From Nitrospira sp. (GTDB taxonomy: Bacteria; Nitrospirota; Nitrospiria; Nitrospirales; Nitrospiraceae): a DNA stretch of 64,000 bases. The notes beneath the pieces are model-generated. The model ran no database searches. It worked only from the letters and a program-made list of their open reading frames with translations, and was not told the origin of the DNA. The stretch lies in the NCBI GenBank assembly GCA_015903945.1, contig JABMDL010000007.1:11653-75652 (forward strand), written 5' to 3'. The position numbers and the translations under genes are program-made. Shown here piece after piece: positions 10,999 to 20,410 of the stretch (the stretch's first letter is position 1; each line of letters begins with the position of its first letter).

Positions 10999-12384
10999 TC
11001 ACCGACCGCGTTTACGCAGCGGCGATTCCTGCTCTTCGTGCTCGGACTCCTCGGAGACCGGATCGAGATACTTGGCCTGATCAACGCATCGTCCGGCTTC
11101 TGGACCTTCCCCCGAGGACTGGTCGAGATGAAAAAATCGGCGGGCTGCTTCGACAAATGCCGGCCCGTTCGACGAGTTGACTTCGCTTTTGAGCGTAACC
11201 ATCGTTCGATGAATCAATTTATTGACGATCGATGATGCCAGGTTTTCAACCAATTCCTTGTCCTGTTGGGAAAGGTGGCCGAGGCGGCCGAGCGCTTTAT
11301 CGACTTCCGCCCGCTTGATGTCATCGACACGGTTCCGCAAGGCTACGATCGTGGGGGTCACCTCGAGCGATTTCATCCATTCGATGATCGCCCCGACCTC
11401 TTCCACCACCATCCGCTCCGCCTTTTCCGCTTCCTGCAACCGCTCCGCGCGGTTTTGTTCCACACGATGCGTCAGATCGTCGATATCGAACAAGAAGGCG
11501 TTGTCCACATGCCGCACGGCTGGATCGATGTTCCGCGGCACCGAGATGTCGATCAAGAACATGGGGCGATTACCGCGTTTCTCGACCGCACGTTCCACAT
11601 CTTCCGCCCCGACGATATAGTGCGCGGCCCCTGTGGAAACGAGCACGATGTCCGCCGAGGCCATCTCGCTCTTGAACTGCTCAAATGGCACTGGGGTCCC
11701 ACCGAACTTGGCGGCCAGATCGACCGCATGCTGTGGGGTCCTCGTCGTAATGCGCACGTGCTGGACACCCTGCGCGATCAAGTGCCGTGCCGCGAGTTTT
11801 GCCATTTCACCGGCACCGACCAACAGGACGGTCTTCTCCTCCAGATTCGAAAAGATTTTCTTGGCCAGCTCCACGGCGGCGTAGCTCACGGACACAGCTG
11901 TTTCAGCGATCTTCGTCTCCGTCCGTACCCGCTTGGCCACCGAGATAGCTTTTTTGACCACTTTGTTCATGATCACGCCGGTCGTCTTGTGCCCCAGCGC
12001 CACCTCGAACGCGTCCTTCAATTGTCCAAGAATCTGCGACTCGCCGACGATCATCGAATCGAGGCTGGCGGCCACGCGGAACAAATGGGCGATCGCCCGA
12101 TCGCCGGTGTGCCAATAGAGATGCGGCGTGAGTTGCTCGGAGGACAGCGACAGATGCGTATCGGCCAGAAATTCTTGGATCCGTCCGTACCCGGCTTCGA
12201 CATCGTCAACGACGGAATACACTTCCACGCGATTGCAGGTGGAGAGCAACACCCCTTCCCTGATGCCGGGATAGGTGCAGAGTCTGCCGAGCGCCTCTCC
12301 CAAACGGCTCTCCGGGACGGCCAGCTTCTCGCGAATCTCGACCGGCGCCGTTTTATGGCTCAACCCAACGACAATCAGGTGCAT
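10999..12384 (-). CDS. hemA: Glutamyl-tRNA reductase
   Basis: VGLSHKTAPVEIRE, LSTCNRVE, SLDSMIVGESQILGQ and IDISVPRNIDP. Confidence 0.97.
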   Translation of the reverse strand: MHLIVVGLSHKTAPVEIREKLAVPESRLGEALGRLCTYPGIREGVLLSTCNRVEVYSVVDDVEAGYGRIQEFLADTHLSLSSEQLTPHLYWHTGDRAIAHLFRVAASLDSMIVGESQILGQLKDAFEVALGHKTTGVIMNKVVKKAISVAKRVRTETKIAETAVSVSYAAVELAKKIFSNLEEKTVLLVGAGEMAKLAARHLIAQGVQHVRITTRTPQHAVDLAAKFGGTPVPFEQFKSEMASADIVLVSTGAAHYIVGAEDVERAVEKRGNRPMFLIDISVPRNIDPAVRHVDNAFLFDIDDLTHRVEQNRAERLQEAEKAERMVVEEVGAIIEWMKSLEVTPTIVALRNRVDDIKRAEVDKALGRLGHLSQQDKELVENLASSIVNKLIHRTMVTLKSEVNSSNGPAFVEAARRFFHLDQSSGEGPEAGRCVDQAKYLDPVSEESEHEEQESPLRKRGR

Positions 12385-12385
12385 A

Positions 12386-13207
12386 TTACGACAGAACTCC
12401 GCGGTCTTTGAGCAGGACGCCGATCAAGGTCAGAATGACGCAGGCGAAGCCGACCACCGTCAAATAGGCGGCCCGTTTGGCCCGCCAGCCAACCGTCAAC
12501 CGTCCCAACAGCACGACAAAATAGAACAGCCACGTGATCAGCGCCCCCGTCTGTTCGGGATTCCAGCTGACGTACGATCCCTGTGCGAACTCAGCGGAGA
12601 TCGCGCCCGTCACAATCCCCAACGTCAGCAGAGGAAATCCCAACACGATGGATTGCTGATTGAGGTGATCGAGAAAGTCGAGCGCCGGCAACTTGCTGTA
12701 CAGCACGTTGAATCGTTTCGACTTGAGCAACCGTTCCTGAATCAGGTACATCACTCCGGCGACAAACGCGACGGTAAACCCAACGGTTCCCAGCATGCTG
12801 AGCGTGACGTGGAACCACAGGGTCTTGAATACCGGCTGCAGGGTGGGTACCGTCTCAGGCAATGCCGCGGCCGACACCAGGGAGACGAGGGCCAAGGGAA
12901 CCATGAACGAGCCCAACACGTGAATACGGTGGCGAAACTCGACCACCAGGAAGACAAGAATGATCATCCAGGAAAAAAAGGACAAAGCTTCGTAGAAACT
13001 CGGTTGCGCCGGGGGAGCGGCTCCGGCCATTCGCACCGCCAGGGCGATTGTGTGAGCCACAAATCCACCGGCTGTGATTCCCAAGGATACTTTCGAAAGG
13101 GCTTCGGAACGCCGCAGCAGATAAGCGAGAAACGACACGGTGGCCGCAAAATACAGGGCCATCGTAATGATAAAACAGACGGCTGCCATCGGGAAGATCC
13201 CTGCCAC
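12386..13207 (-). CDS. ccsA: CcsA/HemX-like heme-handling membrane protein
   Basis: About 8 TM segments, conserved His (WFHVTLS) and a degenerate WWD-like segment SWNPEQTGALITW; first gene of the heme operon. Confidence 0.75.
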   Translation of the reverse strand: MAGIFPMAAVCFIITMALYFAATVSFLAYLLRRSEALSKVSLGITAGGFVAHTIALAVRMAGAAPPAQPSFYEALSFFSWMIILVFLVVEFRHRIHVLGSFMVPLALVSLVSAAALPETVPTLQPVFKTLWFHVTLSMLGTVGFTVAFVAGVMYLIQERLLKSKRFNVLYSKLPALDFLDHLNQQSIVLGFPLLTLGIVTGAISAEFAQGSYVSWNPEQTGALITWLFYFVVLLGRLTVGWRAKRAAYLTVVGFACVILTLIGVLLKDRGVLS

Positions 13208-13242
13208 GGTTAAAGAACTAAGACCGATAGGATAAACAATAA

Positions 13243-13272
13243 ATTATATAGATGCGACAAGAACGGAGTCAA
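13243..13272 (-). promoter_or_regulatory. Sigma70-type promoter of the ccsA-hem operon
   Basis: Minus strand TTGACT (13272-13267), 18-nt spacer, TATAAT (13248-13243), 36 nt upstream of the ccsA start. Confidence 0.6.
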
Positions 13273-14076
13273 CAAACCACCGGTGGATCAGGGGCTTTGA
13301 CGGGCCCACCGGTCAAGACAGGGATTCTTTCGCTTGTCGGGGTGCCAATCGGACATGTCGACGATCTGACCCTCCGTGCTCTCCGAACACTTGCCGAAGC
13401 CGACGTGATCGCCTCGGAAAACCCGTCGGCCACACAAGGCCTGCTGGCCCATCATGGATTGACCGCCAATATTACGAGTTACGGCCCTTCGAATATCATA
13501 CAAAAAGTCGCGGTGCTCATTCATCGGTTGCGTCAGGGCGATCACATTGCCTTGGTGTCGGACACGGGATCTCCGGTGGTGGCCGATCCAGGCTCACTGC
13601 TCGTGGAGTCCGCCCACGCTCACGGAATCCGAGTTGTCTCGGTTCCCGGCCCTTCAGCCCTGACAGCGGCTGTCGCAGCCGCGGGAATCCCTTCCAGCTC
13701 ATGGTTTTTTGAAGGCCAGCTGCCGAAAGCGAAATCCGGCCTCCGCCGTCGACTGCAGATTCGACTCCAAGACAAGACTCCCACCGTTGCGTTCTGCTCA
13801 GCAAAATCCCTTGGTTTCGCCCTGCGCATGATAGCGGCCATCGCCCCTCGACGGCGGATCGCGCTCGTCTGTAACCTCACCAAGCCGGACGAGCGGGTCA
13901 TTCAGGGAACGGCGGAGCATGTTCTACAGCAGTTGGACGACGCTGTGACCGCTCAGGACATCACCCTCATTGTGAAAGGAGGAGGATCGGGGACTCGGAG
14001 TAAGACAGGACCTGCTAAGCGAAAGAACAGGCAAGGAAATGGTCAGTTTTCTTCTCGGCGGATCAGAACGCGGTAG
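13252..14076 (+). CDS. rsmI: 16S rRNA (cytidine1402-2'-O)-methyltransferase
   Basis: LVGVPIGHVDDLTLRA, ALVSDTGSPVVADPG, VPGPSA, FEGQLP and CNLTKPDE. True start may lie downstream. Confidence 0.85.
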   Translation: MRQERSQQTTGGSGALTGPPVKTGILSLVGVPIGHVDDLTLRALRTLAEADVIASENPSATQGLLAHHGLTANITSYGPSNIIQKVAVLIHRLRQGDHIALVSDTGSPVVADPGSLLVESAHAHGIRVVSVPGPSALTAAVAAAGIPSSSWFFEGQLPKAKSGLRRRLQIRLQDKTPTVAFCSAKSLGFALRMIAAIAPRRRIALVCNLTKPDERVIQGTAEHVLQQLDDAVTAQDITLIVKGGGSGTRSKTGPAKRKNRQGNGQFSSRRIRTR

Positions 14077-14306
14077 GCCTGTTCAAGGCGCTCTTGAGCC
14101 AAGACCGTGTGCCCTTCGTTTTCAACACTGCGGGGAACGTTCCGAATGGGATCCCCCTCGTCCAACAACACGGACAGCACCTGGCCTTCTTCCATGGTTT
14201 CAAGCTTGAGCTTTGTTTTGACAAAGTTGTAGGGACAAATTACCCCTCGAAGGTCCAGCTCCGCATCGGAAGTAAGAGCTGACTGCTCGTGCCCTTGCTC
14301 ATTCAT
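14043..14306 (-). CDS. TusA/SirA-family sulfur carrier protein
   Basis: LDLRGVICPYNF and DEGDPIRNVP motifs; start placed at MNEQ (14306). Its 3' end overlaps that of rsmI. Confidence 0.85.
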   Translation of the reverse strand: MNEQGHEQSALTSDAELDLRGVICPYNFVKTKLKLETMEEGQVLSVLLDEGDPIRNVPRSVENEGHTVLAQERLEQAYRVLIRREEN

Positions 14307-14355
14307 GGATCGATCCTCAAGCTCGCGTAGATGCAACCGACTACGCTGTATATGC

Positions 14356-14382
14356 AAAAAGGGGGCAGCCGAAGCCGCCCCC
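14356..14382 (-). terminator. Rho-independent terminator
   Basis: Minus strand GGGGGCGGC-TTCG-GCTGCCCCC-TTTTT, 30 nt after the 14412-15173 gene. Confidence 0.85.
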
Positions 14383-14411
14383 ATGTGAAAACAGGTTTCG
14401 GAACGATGTGC

Positions 14412-15173
14412 TTATTGTGCGCCCTTGACAAGGTTTGGCTTATTGACATCTGAACCATAGTCCGACTTGGTCTGTGCCTGGTATCCCCACCCCGGCTGCG
14501 GCTCGCAGTTCCAGCACGGAGCGGAACCCGTATACTCGCCGATGGTCGTATCGATCGCGCCCGAGATCTTCCCCGGCAATACCGCTCCAGGAATCCCACC
14601 GGTCACGCCGCCGCCATTGACGCGTAGCGCACGATCATTGTACGGATCCGGACGCTGGCCAAGTCCGCCAAATCCCTTTCGCGTCGCCACGACGTTTGTT
14701 ACGGAAACTTCCAGAACAATCTTCCTGCCGACTCCATATGGCTGGTCCTTGCTGGTTTCTTCCTCCACTTGGACCGTGACTTCATCCCCGACATTGAGTT
14801 CTCGAATCGCCTGCATATTCGACCGATCCGACAAATACAAGGGGATGACCGTGCGGGCACCGTAGCCCGCCTTGCCTTCCTGCCCCTCATCCTGCATGCG
14901 GCCGGCTCCACCGGTCTCGATCATCAGCTTCCGCTGGGGCAAATCGAGCGCGAAGACACGACCCATCACGGTCTCAGGCTGGGACAGGCGGTCGAGAAAC
15001 GTATTCCGATCGAACGCCTGAACGCGATTTGCGTTGCCGGACACGTCGCCGACACCGGTCCCGACACCGAGGGACGATCCGCCAGATGATTGCTGCAGGC
15101 GCTCTTGCGCTGCTGCAACGCTCACAGAGCCGACAAAAAGAACTGTGGCTCCCAGTGCCAACACCTTATGCAT
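14412..15173 (-). CDS. Exported hypothetical protein with C-terminal CWNC motif
   Basis: 253-aa ORF with Sec signal peptide (MHKVLALGATVLFVGSVSVAAA), AAGGAGG RBS and its own terminator. Confidence 0.75.
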   Translation of the reverse strand: MHKVLALGATVLFVGSVSVAAAQERLQQSSGGSSLGVGTGVGDVSGNANRVQAFDRNTFLDRLSQPETVMGRVFALDLPQRKLMIETGGAGRMQDEGQEGKAGYGARTVIPLYLSDRSNMQAIRELNVGDEVTVQVEEETSKDQPYGVGRKIVLEVSVTNVVATRKGFGGLGQRPDPYNDRALRVNGGGVTGGIPGAVLPGKISGAIDTTIGEYTGSAPCWNCEPQPGWGYQAQTKSDYGSDVNKPNLVKGAQ

Positions 15174-15398
15174 GTGCTGCCTCCTTGTGAGTTAGAAGAT
15201 GACGCGCTGGTAAGATATAAAACAAAGTACAAGTGCAAAGACGACTATCTGCATTGCGTGCATATCCAAATGCGTCGGTGCTCGGAATTGAAACGTTTCA
15301 AGAACTTAGGACAACCGCCGCATCCTGTCAAGAGGCCTCGCCTTGTCGATACTGCACAGGACGCACGCCTCATTTACATCTACATCTTCAGTTTCGCC

Positions 15399-15485
15399 TG
15401 GTGCCCAGAGGGAGGGTCGAACTCCCACTCTCTTGCGAGAACCGGATTTTGAGTCCGGCGCGTCTGCCAGTTCCGCCATCCGGGC
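15399..15485 (-). tRNA. tRNA-Leu (anticodon CAA)
   Basis: GCCCGGA/TCTGGGC acceptor stem, anticodon arm CCGGA-CT-CAA-AA-TCCGG, long variable arm, GTTCGA T-loop and encoded CCA; 87 nt. Confidence 0.97.
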
Positions 15486-15578
15486 GTACTGCATACCGAC
15501 GTGCTGTAGTGCGCCTTTCTAGCATGCCTCCTGCTGAGGGTCAATCGGCATCGCCTCTTTTCTTCGAACAGACCGGTC

Positions 15579-15587
15579 TGATAGAAT
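15579..15587 (+). promoter_or_regulatory. Extended -10 promoter for yggX
   Basis: TG-A-TAGAAT about 54 nt upstream of the start codon, followed by an AAGGAG RBS. Confidence 0.45.
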
Positions 15588-15640
15588 GCGCCGGTGGTTG
15601 AACGTCTTCGTAACAACACGAGCAAAGGAGTAGCGCGGAC

Positions 15641-15922
15641 ATGGCGGAAGTGGCATGTGTGACCTGCGGACAAACGGGAGAAGCCATTACCGCTCCCCTA
15701 TTTCTCGGCAAGCTCGAAGCGGAGGTGAAAGCCAAGGTGTGCACGGGCTGCTGGAAGAAGTGGGAAGGGATGCGCGTCATGGTCATCAATGAGTACCAAG
15801 TCAATCTTGGAGACGAAAGCGGGCGCGATCTGGTCCGCAAGCAAATGAAGGCCTTCTTGAAATTGGGCGAACAGGCTGACTCCTCCAAAATCGCTGAGAA
15901 CTATCGCCCGCCGAGCGCCTGA
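15641..15922 (+). CDS. yggX: Fe(II)-trafficking / oxidative damage protection protein (YggX family)
   Basis: VCTGCWKKWEGMRVMVINEYQVNL..QMKAFL matches the YggX pattern; 93 aa. Confidence 0.8.
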   Translation: MAEVACVTCGQTGEAITAPLFLGKLEAEVKAKVCTGCWKKWEGMRVMVINEYQVNLGDESGRDLVRKQMKAFLKLGEQADSSKIAENYRPPSA

Positions 15923-16098
15923 CCCGACGAATCACAGCATGTCACATCCCTGAGCCGTATCCTTCCTGAAAAGATTTTCCCTGTGTTGTCGCCGGGTTCG
16001 TTGACATGACGAATTCGGAAGTGATACATAATAGTGTTTTCGTTGTCTCGCTTTTGCCTTATTTAAGGGTAAGAGGAGCATAGAGGATTCCATTCGAT

Positions 16099-16554
16099 AT
16101 GATTACGCAGATGCAAGTGAAGGGGTTGATGTTTGACCCCTATAATAACGCGTACATCGTAATCTTGAGAGATGAGGACCAGTCGGAGATGTTGCCCATT
16201 TGGGTCGGCAAATCGGAAGCCAGTTCAATCAGCCTGGCTCTGGAGAGCGTCGCGCCTCCCCGCCCCATGACACATGACTTTATGAAGGCCTACCTCGATG
16301 CTATCAACGCCAAAGTCATCAGTGTCGTCATTACCGACTTGAATGAGAACACCTACTACGCCAAGATCCATTTAACCTATGAAGACTCCGAATATACCGT
16401 GGATTCCAGGCCCAGCGATGCGATCGCCCTCGCACTCCGATCACAGGCCCCCATCTTTGCGAATGAATCGGTCATCCGGAAGCAAACTTCTGAAGAGCTC
16501 GATCAATGGCTTGAAAACTTGAAACCTGAAGACTTTGGGAAATTGGACTCCTGA
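16099..16554 (+). CDS. Bifunctional nuclease family protein (DUF151/BFN), copy 1
   Basis: LPIWVGKSEA, RPMTHD, YYAKIHL and DSRPSDAIALALR. Confidence 0.9.
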   Translation: MITQMQVKGLMFDPYNNAYIVILRDEDQSEMLPIWVGKSEASSISLALESVAPPRPMTHDFMKAYLDAINAKVISVVITDLNENTYYAKIHLTYEDSEYTVDSRPSDAIALALRSQAPIFANESVIRKQTSEELDQWLENLKPEDFGKLDS

Positions 16555-16565
16555 CCCCATACACC

Positions 16566-17054
16566 ATGCCGGAACATACATCGCATACTGCCGGGACGCT
16601 GATCAGACTGACCGTCGATCGGGTCGTTGAAGATTCGAATACCGATACGAGGATTCTCGTATTGTCGCGCATTGACGGCGGAACCGAACTGTTCACGGTC
16701 TGGGTCGGGGCAGCAGAAGGTGAATCGATCCGGCGGGCTTTGGACACGTCGGTCACGCCACGGCCCATGAGCCACGATCTGATCAAGAGTTTCGGAGAAC
16801 ACTTCGGAGTGAAAACCGAGCGAGTGGTCTTAACGGATGTGAAGAGCAGTACCTACTTCGCGACCGTCTATCTTGAAAGCAATGGAGTGACACGAACCAT
16901 TGATGCCAGGCCCAGTGACGCGATTGCGTTGGCACTCCGCTGCCAGGCACCGATTTATGTCACTCAGGATGTCTGGAAACGGCGCAGCGGGCAGAATCTG
17001 GATGCCTGGCTGTCGAAACTTGACACGAAGAATATCGGAACCCAAGAAGTGTAG
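16566..17054 (+). CDS. Bifunctional nuclease family protein (DUF151/BFN), copy 2
   Basis: VWVGAAEG, RPMSHD, YFATVYL and DARPSDAIALALR. Confidence 0.88.
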   Translation: MPEHTSHTAGTLIRLTVDRVVEDSNTDTRILVLSRIDGGTELFTVWVGAAEGESIRRALDTSVTPRPMSHDLIKSFGEHFGVKTERVVLTDVKSSTYFATVYLESNGVTRTIDARPSDAIALALRCQAPIYVTQDVWKRRSGQNLDAWLSKLDTKNIGTQEV

Positions 17055-17095
17055 GCTTCATTCAATTCATTCTTGCGAGAGGTGGAGACTGTTCC

Positions 17096-17521
17096 ATGAC
17101 GTATCTCGAAAAACCAGCCGACGTGAAAGAAACCTGGCACCTGGTGAATGCCGAGGGAAAGACACTGGGACGCCTGGCAGCGCGTGTTGCCGGTATCCTA
17201 CGGGGTAAACACCGCCCAACGTTCACACCAAACGTAGACATGGGTGATCATGTGGTCGTCGTCAATGCAGAAAAAATTCAGCTGACCGGCAGCAAGATGG
17301 AGACCAAGCTCTACCGGCACCACACCGGCTATCCCGGCGGCCTCAAAACCAGCTCGGCGGAACATCTGTTCCGAAAAGATCCCACGGAATTGCTGACGCG
17401 GGCAATCGAAGGCATGCTCCCCAAAAATCCGCTTGGTAACGGCATGGCCAAAAAGTTGCGGGTATACACCGGCCCCAACCATCCGCACCAGGCACAAAAG
17501 CCGGAACCGATTTCTCTCTAG
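17096..17521 (+). CDS. rplM: 50S ribosomal protein L13
   Basis: LGRLAARVA, GKHRPTFTPNVDMGD, HHTGYPGG and GMLPKN. Confidence 0.98.
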   Translation: MTYLEKPADVKETWHLVNAEGKTLGRLAARVAGILRGKHRPTFTPNVDMGDHVVVVNAEKIQLTGSKMETKLYRHHTGYPGGLKTSSAEHLFRKDPTELLTRAIEGMLPKNPLGNGMAKKLRVYTGPNHPHQAQKPEPISL

Positions 17522-17555
17522 GTATCAGACGTTGGACGTAAGGAGGCGCATCGAA

Positions 17556-17948
17556 ATGGCAACAGCCACACAGTACGCAACAGGTCGAAGAAAATGCGCG
17601 GTGGCCCGGGCTTGGGTCACCGGAACTGCGGGTGAGATTACTATTAATGACAAGCCTCTGGAGAAGGTCTTCCCTCGCCTCACCCTCAGGCAAATCATCC
17701 AGCTCCCGCTCGAAATGGCCGGGCTCATGGGGAAGTATTCGATCAGTGCCACCGTCCACGGCGGTGGACCGACCGGCCAGGCCGGCGCACTCCGGCATGC
17801 CATTGCGCGGGCCCTCGTGACTATGACGCCTTCCGTGCGGCCTCCCCTCAAGAAAGAGGGGCTGCTCACAAGAGACTCTCGCGTCAAAGAACGAAAGAAG
17901 TACGGACAGAAGGGCGCCCGCAAGCGCTTCCAGTACTCGAAACGGTAA
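17556..17948 (+). CDS. rpsI: 30S ribosomal protein S9
   Basis: ATGRRKCAVARA, GGGPTGQAGALRH and KERKKYG..ARKRFQYSKR; start at 17556 after an AGGAGG RBS. Confidence 0.98.
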   Translation: MATATQYATGRRKCAVARAWVTGTAGEITINDKPLEKVFPRLTLRQIIQLPLEMAGLMGKYSISATVHGGGPTGQAGALRHAIARALVTMTPSVRPPLKKEGLLTRDSRVKERKKYGQKGARKRFQYSKR

Positions 17949-17970
17949 GGGTTCACAGGAGTCGACAGAA

Positions 17971-18002
17971 GAAAAGGGAAGGCTCCTCGCCTTCCCTTTT
18001 TC
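17971..18002 (+). terminator. Rho-independent terminator after rpsI
   Basis: AAAAGGGAAGGC-TCCTC-GCCTTCCCTTTT(T), a stem with a T tract. Confidence 0.85.
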
Positions 18003-18052
18003 ATGTCCGATTGCAGAGGTCTTCGAGCCTTCACACACACGCAGGTCACGCC

Positions 18053-19099
18053 ATGACCAAGAAGTTTCGCATTGCCATTGCCGGTGCCAGTGGATACGCC
18101 GGAGCCGAACTCGTCAGGCTCGCCGCCGCCCATCCTTATTACGAAATCACAGCGGTGACCTCTGAGAAATCCGCCGGTCAGTCGGTCGCATCCGTCTTCC
18201 CTAGCTTGACAGGCATTGTCGAACACCGATTCGAAGCCCTGGCCCCTGAAGCGTTGACCGAACGAGCGGACGCAATTTTTCTGGCGCTTCCCCACACGAA
18301 GTCGCAAGACCCGGTCGCCACCTGCCTCAAAGCCGGCAAGCTGGTGGTCGACCTGAGCGCCGATTATCGGCTCAAGGATGCCACGACCTACGAGACCTGG
18401 TACAAGACCCCGCATCTCCATCCGCACTTGCTACGGGAAGCGGTCTATGGATTGCCGGAATTGCACCGGGACGCGATCGCCCAAGCAACGCTCGTCGCGT
18501 CACCCGGGTGTTATCCGACCGCGGCCATCTTGCAGCTAGCCCCGTTGATTGCCAAACGTTTAGTCCAGCTGGATACTATCGTGATCGACGCAAAATCCGG
18601 AATCTCCGGAGCGGGACGGAGTCCGGCCCTCCCCTATCATTTTCCGGAAGCCCATGAGTCGTTGGAACCGTACAAGATCGGACAGCATCGCCATATTCCA
18701 GAAATCGAGCAGGAGCTTTCACACGTAACCGGGTGCGCCGTCACAGTCACCTTTACGCCTCACCTGGTGCCGATGAATCGTGGCATCTTGAGCACGGCCT
18801 ACTGCAAACTCCTGCAGCAGGTGCCGCTCGTTGATCTGCGGGCACTCTACAAGGATTTCTATAAGAGCGAGCGGTTCGTCCGTCTCTACGAAGACATTGT
18901 GCCCAACCCGCGGTACATCAAAGGCTCTAACTTTTGCGATGTCGGAGTCTACGCTGACCCTCGGGCCGGATGGGTCGTGACGGTCGCCGCCGTTGACAAT
19001 CTCGTCAAAGGTGCGGCTGGCCAAGCCATCCAAGCTATGAATCTGATGATGGGCATTCCAGAAGAGAGCGGACTGACCATGCCAAGCAGCTATCCGTAA
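18053..19099 (+). CDS. argC: N-acetyl-gamma-glutamyl-phosphate reductase
   Basis: IAGASGYAG, DLSADYRL, ASPGCYPT, DAKSGISGAG and DNLVKGAAGQA; start MTKK at 18053. Confidence 0.97.
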   Translation: MTKKFRIAIAGASGYAGAELVRLAAAHPYYEITAVTSEKSAGQSVASVFPSLTGIVEHRFEALAPEALTERADAIFLALPHTKSQDPVATCLKAGKLVVDLSADYRLKDATTYETWYKTPHLHPHLLREAVYGLPELHRDAIAQATLVASPGCYPTAAILQLAPLIAKRLVQLDTIVIDAKSGISGAGRSPALPYHFPEAHESLEPYKIGQHRHIPEIEQELSHVTGCAVTVTFTPHLVPMNRGILSTAYCKLLQQVPLVDLRALYKDFYKSERFVRLYEDIVPNPRYIKGSNFCDVGVYADPRAGWVVTVAAVDNLVKGAAGQAIQAMNLMMGIPEESGLTMPSSYP

Positions 19100-19148
19100 C
19101 GACTCGACTGAGTCCGACCACGTCACCGTACACACCAGCCGACACAAC

Positions 19149-20360
19149 ATGATGAAACAGGATCAAACAGCCGGCGTCACCGCGCCCCTCGGCTTTCAAG
19201 CAGCCGGTATCCACTGCGGGATTAAGAAACCAGGAATTCCCGATCTGGCACTGGTCGTATCGGATGTCACGGGCCCTATCGCCGGGGTCTTCACCAAAAA
19301 TCGCGTGGCTGCCGCGCCGGTCCTACTCGACCGGATCCACCTCCGCCGGCATCAGGGGCGGGCGATTCTCGTCAACAGCGGAAACGCCAACGCCTGCACC
19401 GGCGCACGAGGGCTCGCCGCGGCAAAGACGATGGCCACTGCCGTCGCCCAGCGCCTCTCCATTCCTGTGCATCAGGTCTTCGTGGGATCGACCGGCGTCA
19501 TCGGCCGAGTGTTGCCCATCGATCGCATCGAGGCTGGCCTCCCAACCTTGATCGCCAGGCTGAGCCGTCGAGGCGGACCACAGGCTGCCCAGGCGATTCT
19601 TACCACCGATCTCCGTCCCAAAACTGTCGTCATTCGCGGAACGATCGGCGGCCGGACGGTGACGATCGGCGGCATGGCCAAAGGCTCCGGCATGATCCAT
19701 CCCAACATGGCTACCATGCTGGCCTACCTCACGACCGATGCCGCGATTGCACCTGCAGCCCTTCAATCAGCACTGAGGAGCGCTGTCGACCATTCGTTCA
19801 ACTGCATCACCGTGGACGGCGACACCAGCACCAATGATACCGTCCTCTGTCTTGCCAACGGGCTGGCCAAGAATGCTCCGATTCGGAAAGAGACTCCGCA
19901 TTATCAACGATTCGTGCGACTGTTGACTGAAGCGGCAGAACAGCTCGCCTTGTCTATTTGCCGCGATGGCGAAGGTGTGACAAAAGTCGTGAAGGTTGCG
20001 GTGGCGGGAGCCGCGACGGTCTCGGCCGCGAAGCGGGTCGCTTCCACGATCGCGACATCCAATCTTGTGAAAACCGCATTGTTTGGCGAAGATGCCAATT
20101 GGGGACGCGTCATGGGCGCGATCGGCCGGTCTGGCGTCCCGATCAATCCCGAGAAAGTGACGGTGCGCTTCGGCGGCGTCATCATGGTCAAACAAGGCAT
20201 CGGCGTGGGACTCGCCGCTGAACGGAAGATCACCCAGGTCTTCAAACAAAAGGAGTTTACGATCTCCGTTCACTTGGGGCAGGGCCATGCCCACGCGCAT
20301 ATGTGGACCACCGACCTCTCCTATGACTATGTCCGCATCAACGCAAGCTATCGATCTTAG
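19149..20360 (+). CDS. argJ: Bifunctional ornithine acetyltransferase / N-acetylglutamate synthase
   Basis: NSGNANACTG, AKGSGMIHPNMATML, DGDTSTNDT and ANWGRV. Confidence 0.97.
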   Translation: MMKQDQTAGVTAPLGFQAAGIHCGIKKPGIPDLALVVSDVTGPIAGVFTKNRVAAAPVLLDRIHLRRHQGRAILVNSGNANACTGARGLAAAKTMATAVAQRLSIPVHQVFVGSTGVIGRVLPIDRIEAGLPTLIARLSRRGGPQAAQAILTTDLRPKTVVIRGTIGGRTVTIGGMAKGSGMIHPNMATMLAYLTTDAAIAPAALQSALRSAVDHSFNCITVDGDTSTNDTVLCLANGLAKNAPIRKETPHYQRFVRLLTEAAEQLALSICRDGEGVTKVVKVAVAGAATVSAAKRVASTIATSNLVKTALFGEDANWGRVMGAIGRSGVPINPEKVTVRFGGVIMVKQGIGVGLAAERKITQVFKQKEFTISVHLGQGHAHAHMWTTDLSYDYVRINASYRS

Positions 20361-20381
20361 GGAAGAATCTGATCCGGCAAC

Positions 20382-20410
20382 TTGAAAAGCGACCATGACT
20401 GTGATAGCGT
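20382..20410 (+). promoter_or_regulatory. Sigma70-type promoter of rpsB-tsf-pyrH-frr
   Basis: TTGAAA, 17-nt spacer, TAGCGT with an extended -10 TG. Confidence 0.5.

Noticed and set aside
11266-12411. 381-aa plus-strand ORF antisense to hemA (similar shadows over merA-like, mrp, rplM-rpsI and cca genes)
   Set aside because: These are shadow ORFs typical of GC-rich coding DNA, with no motifs or RBS.
13229-13250. AT-rich tract resembling a Fur box at the heme operon promoter
   Set aside because: Only about 8 of 19 positions match the Fur consensus, and the -10 element explains the AT richness.
14412-15485. Possible genomic island at the 3' end of tRNA-Leu
   Set aside because: No integrase and no duplicated tRNA 3' end were found.
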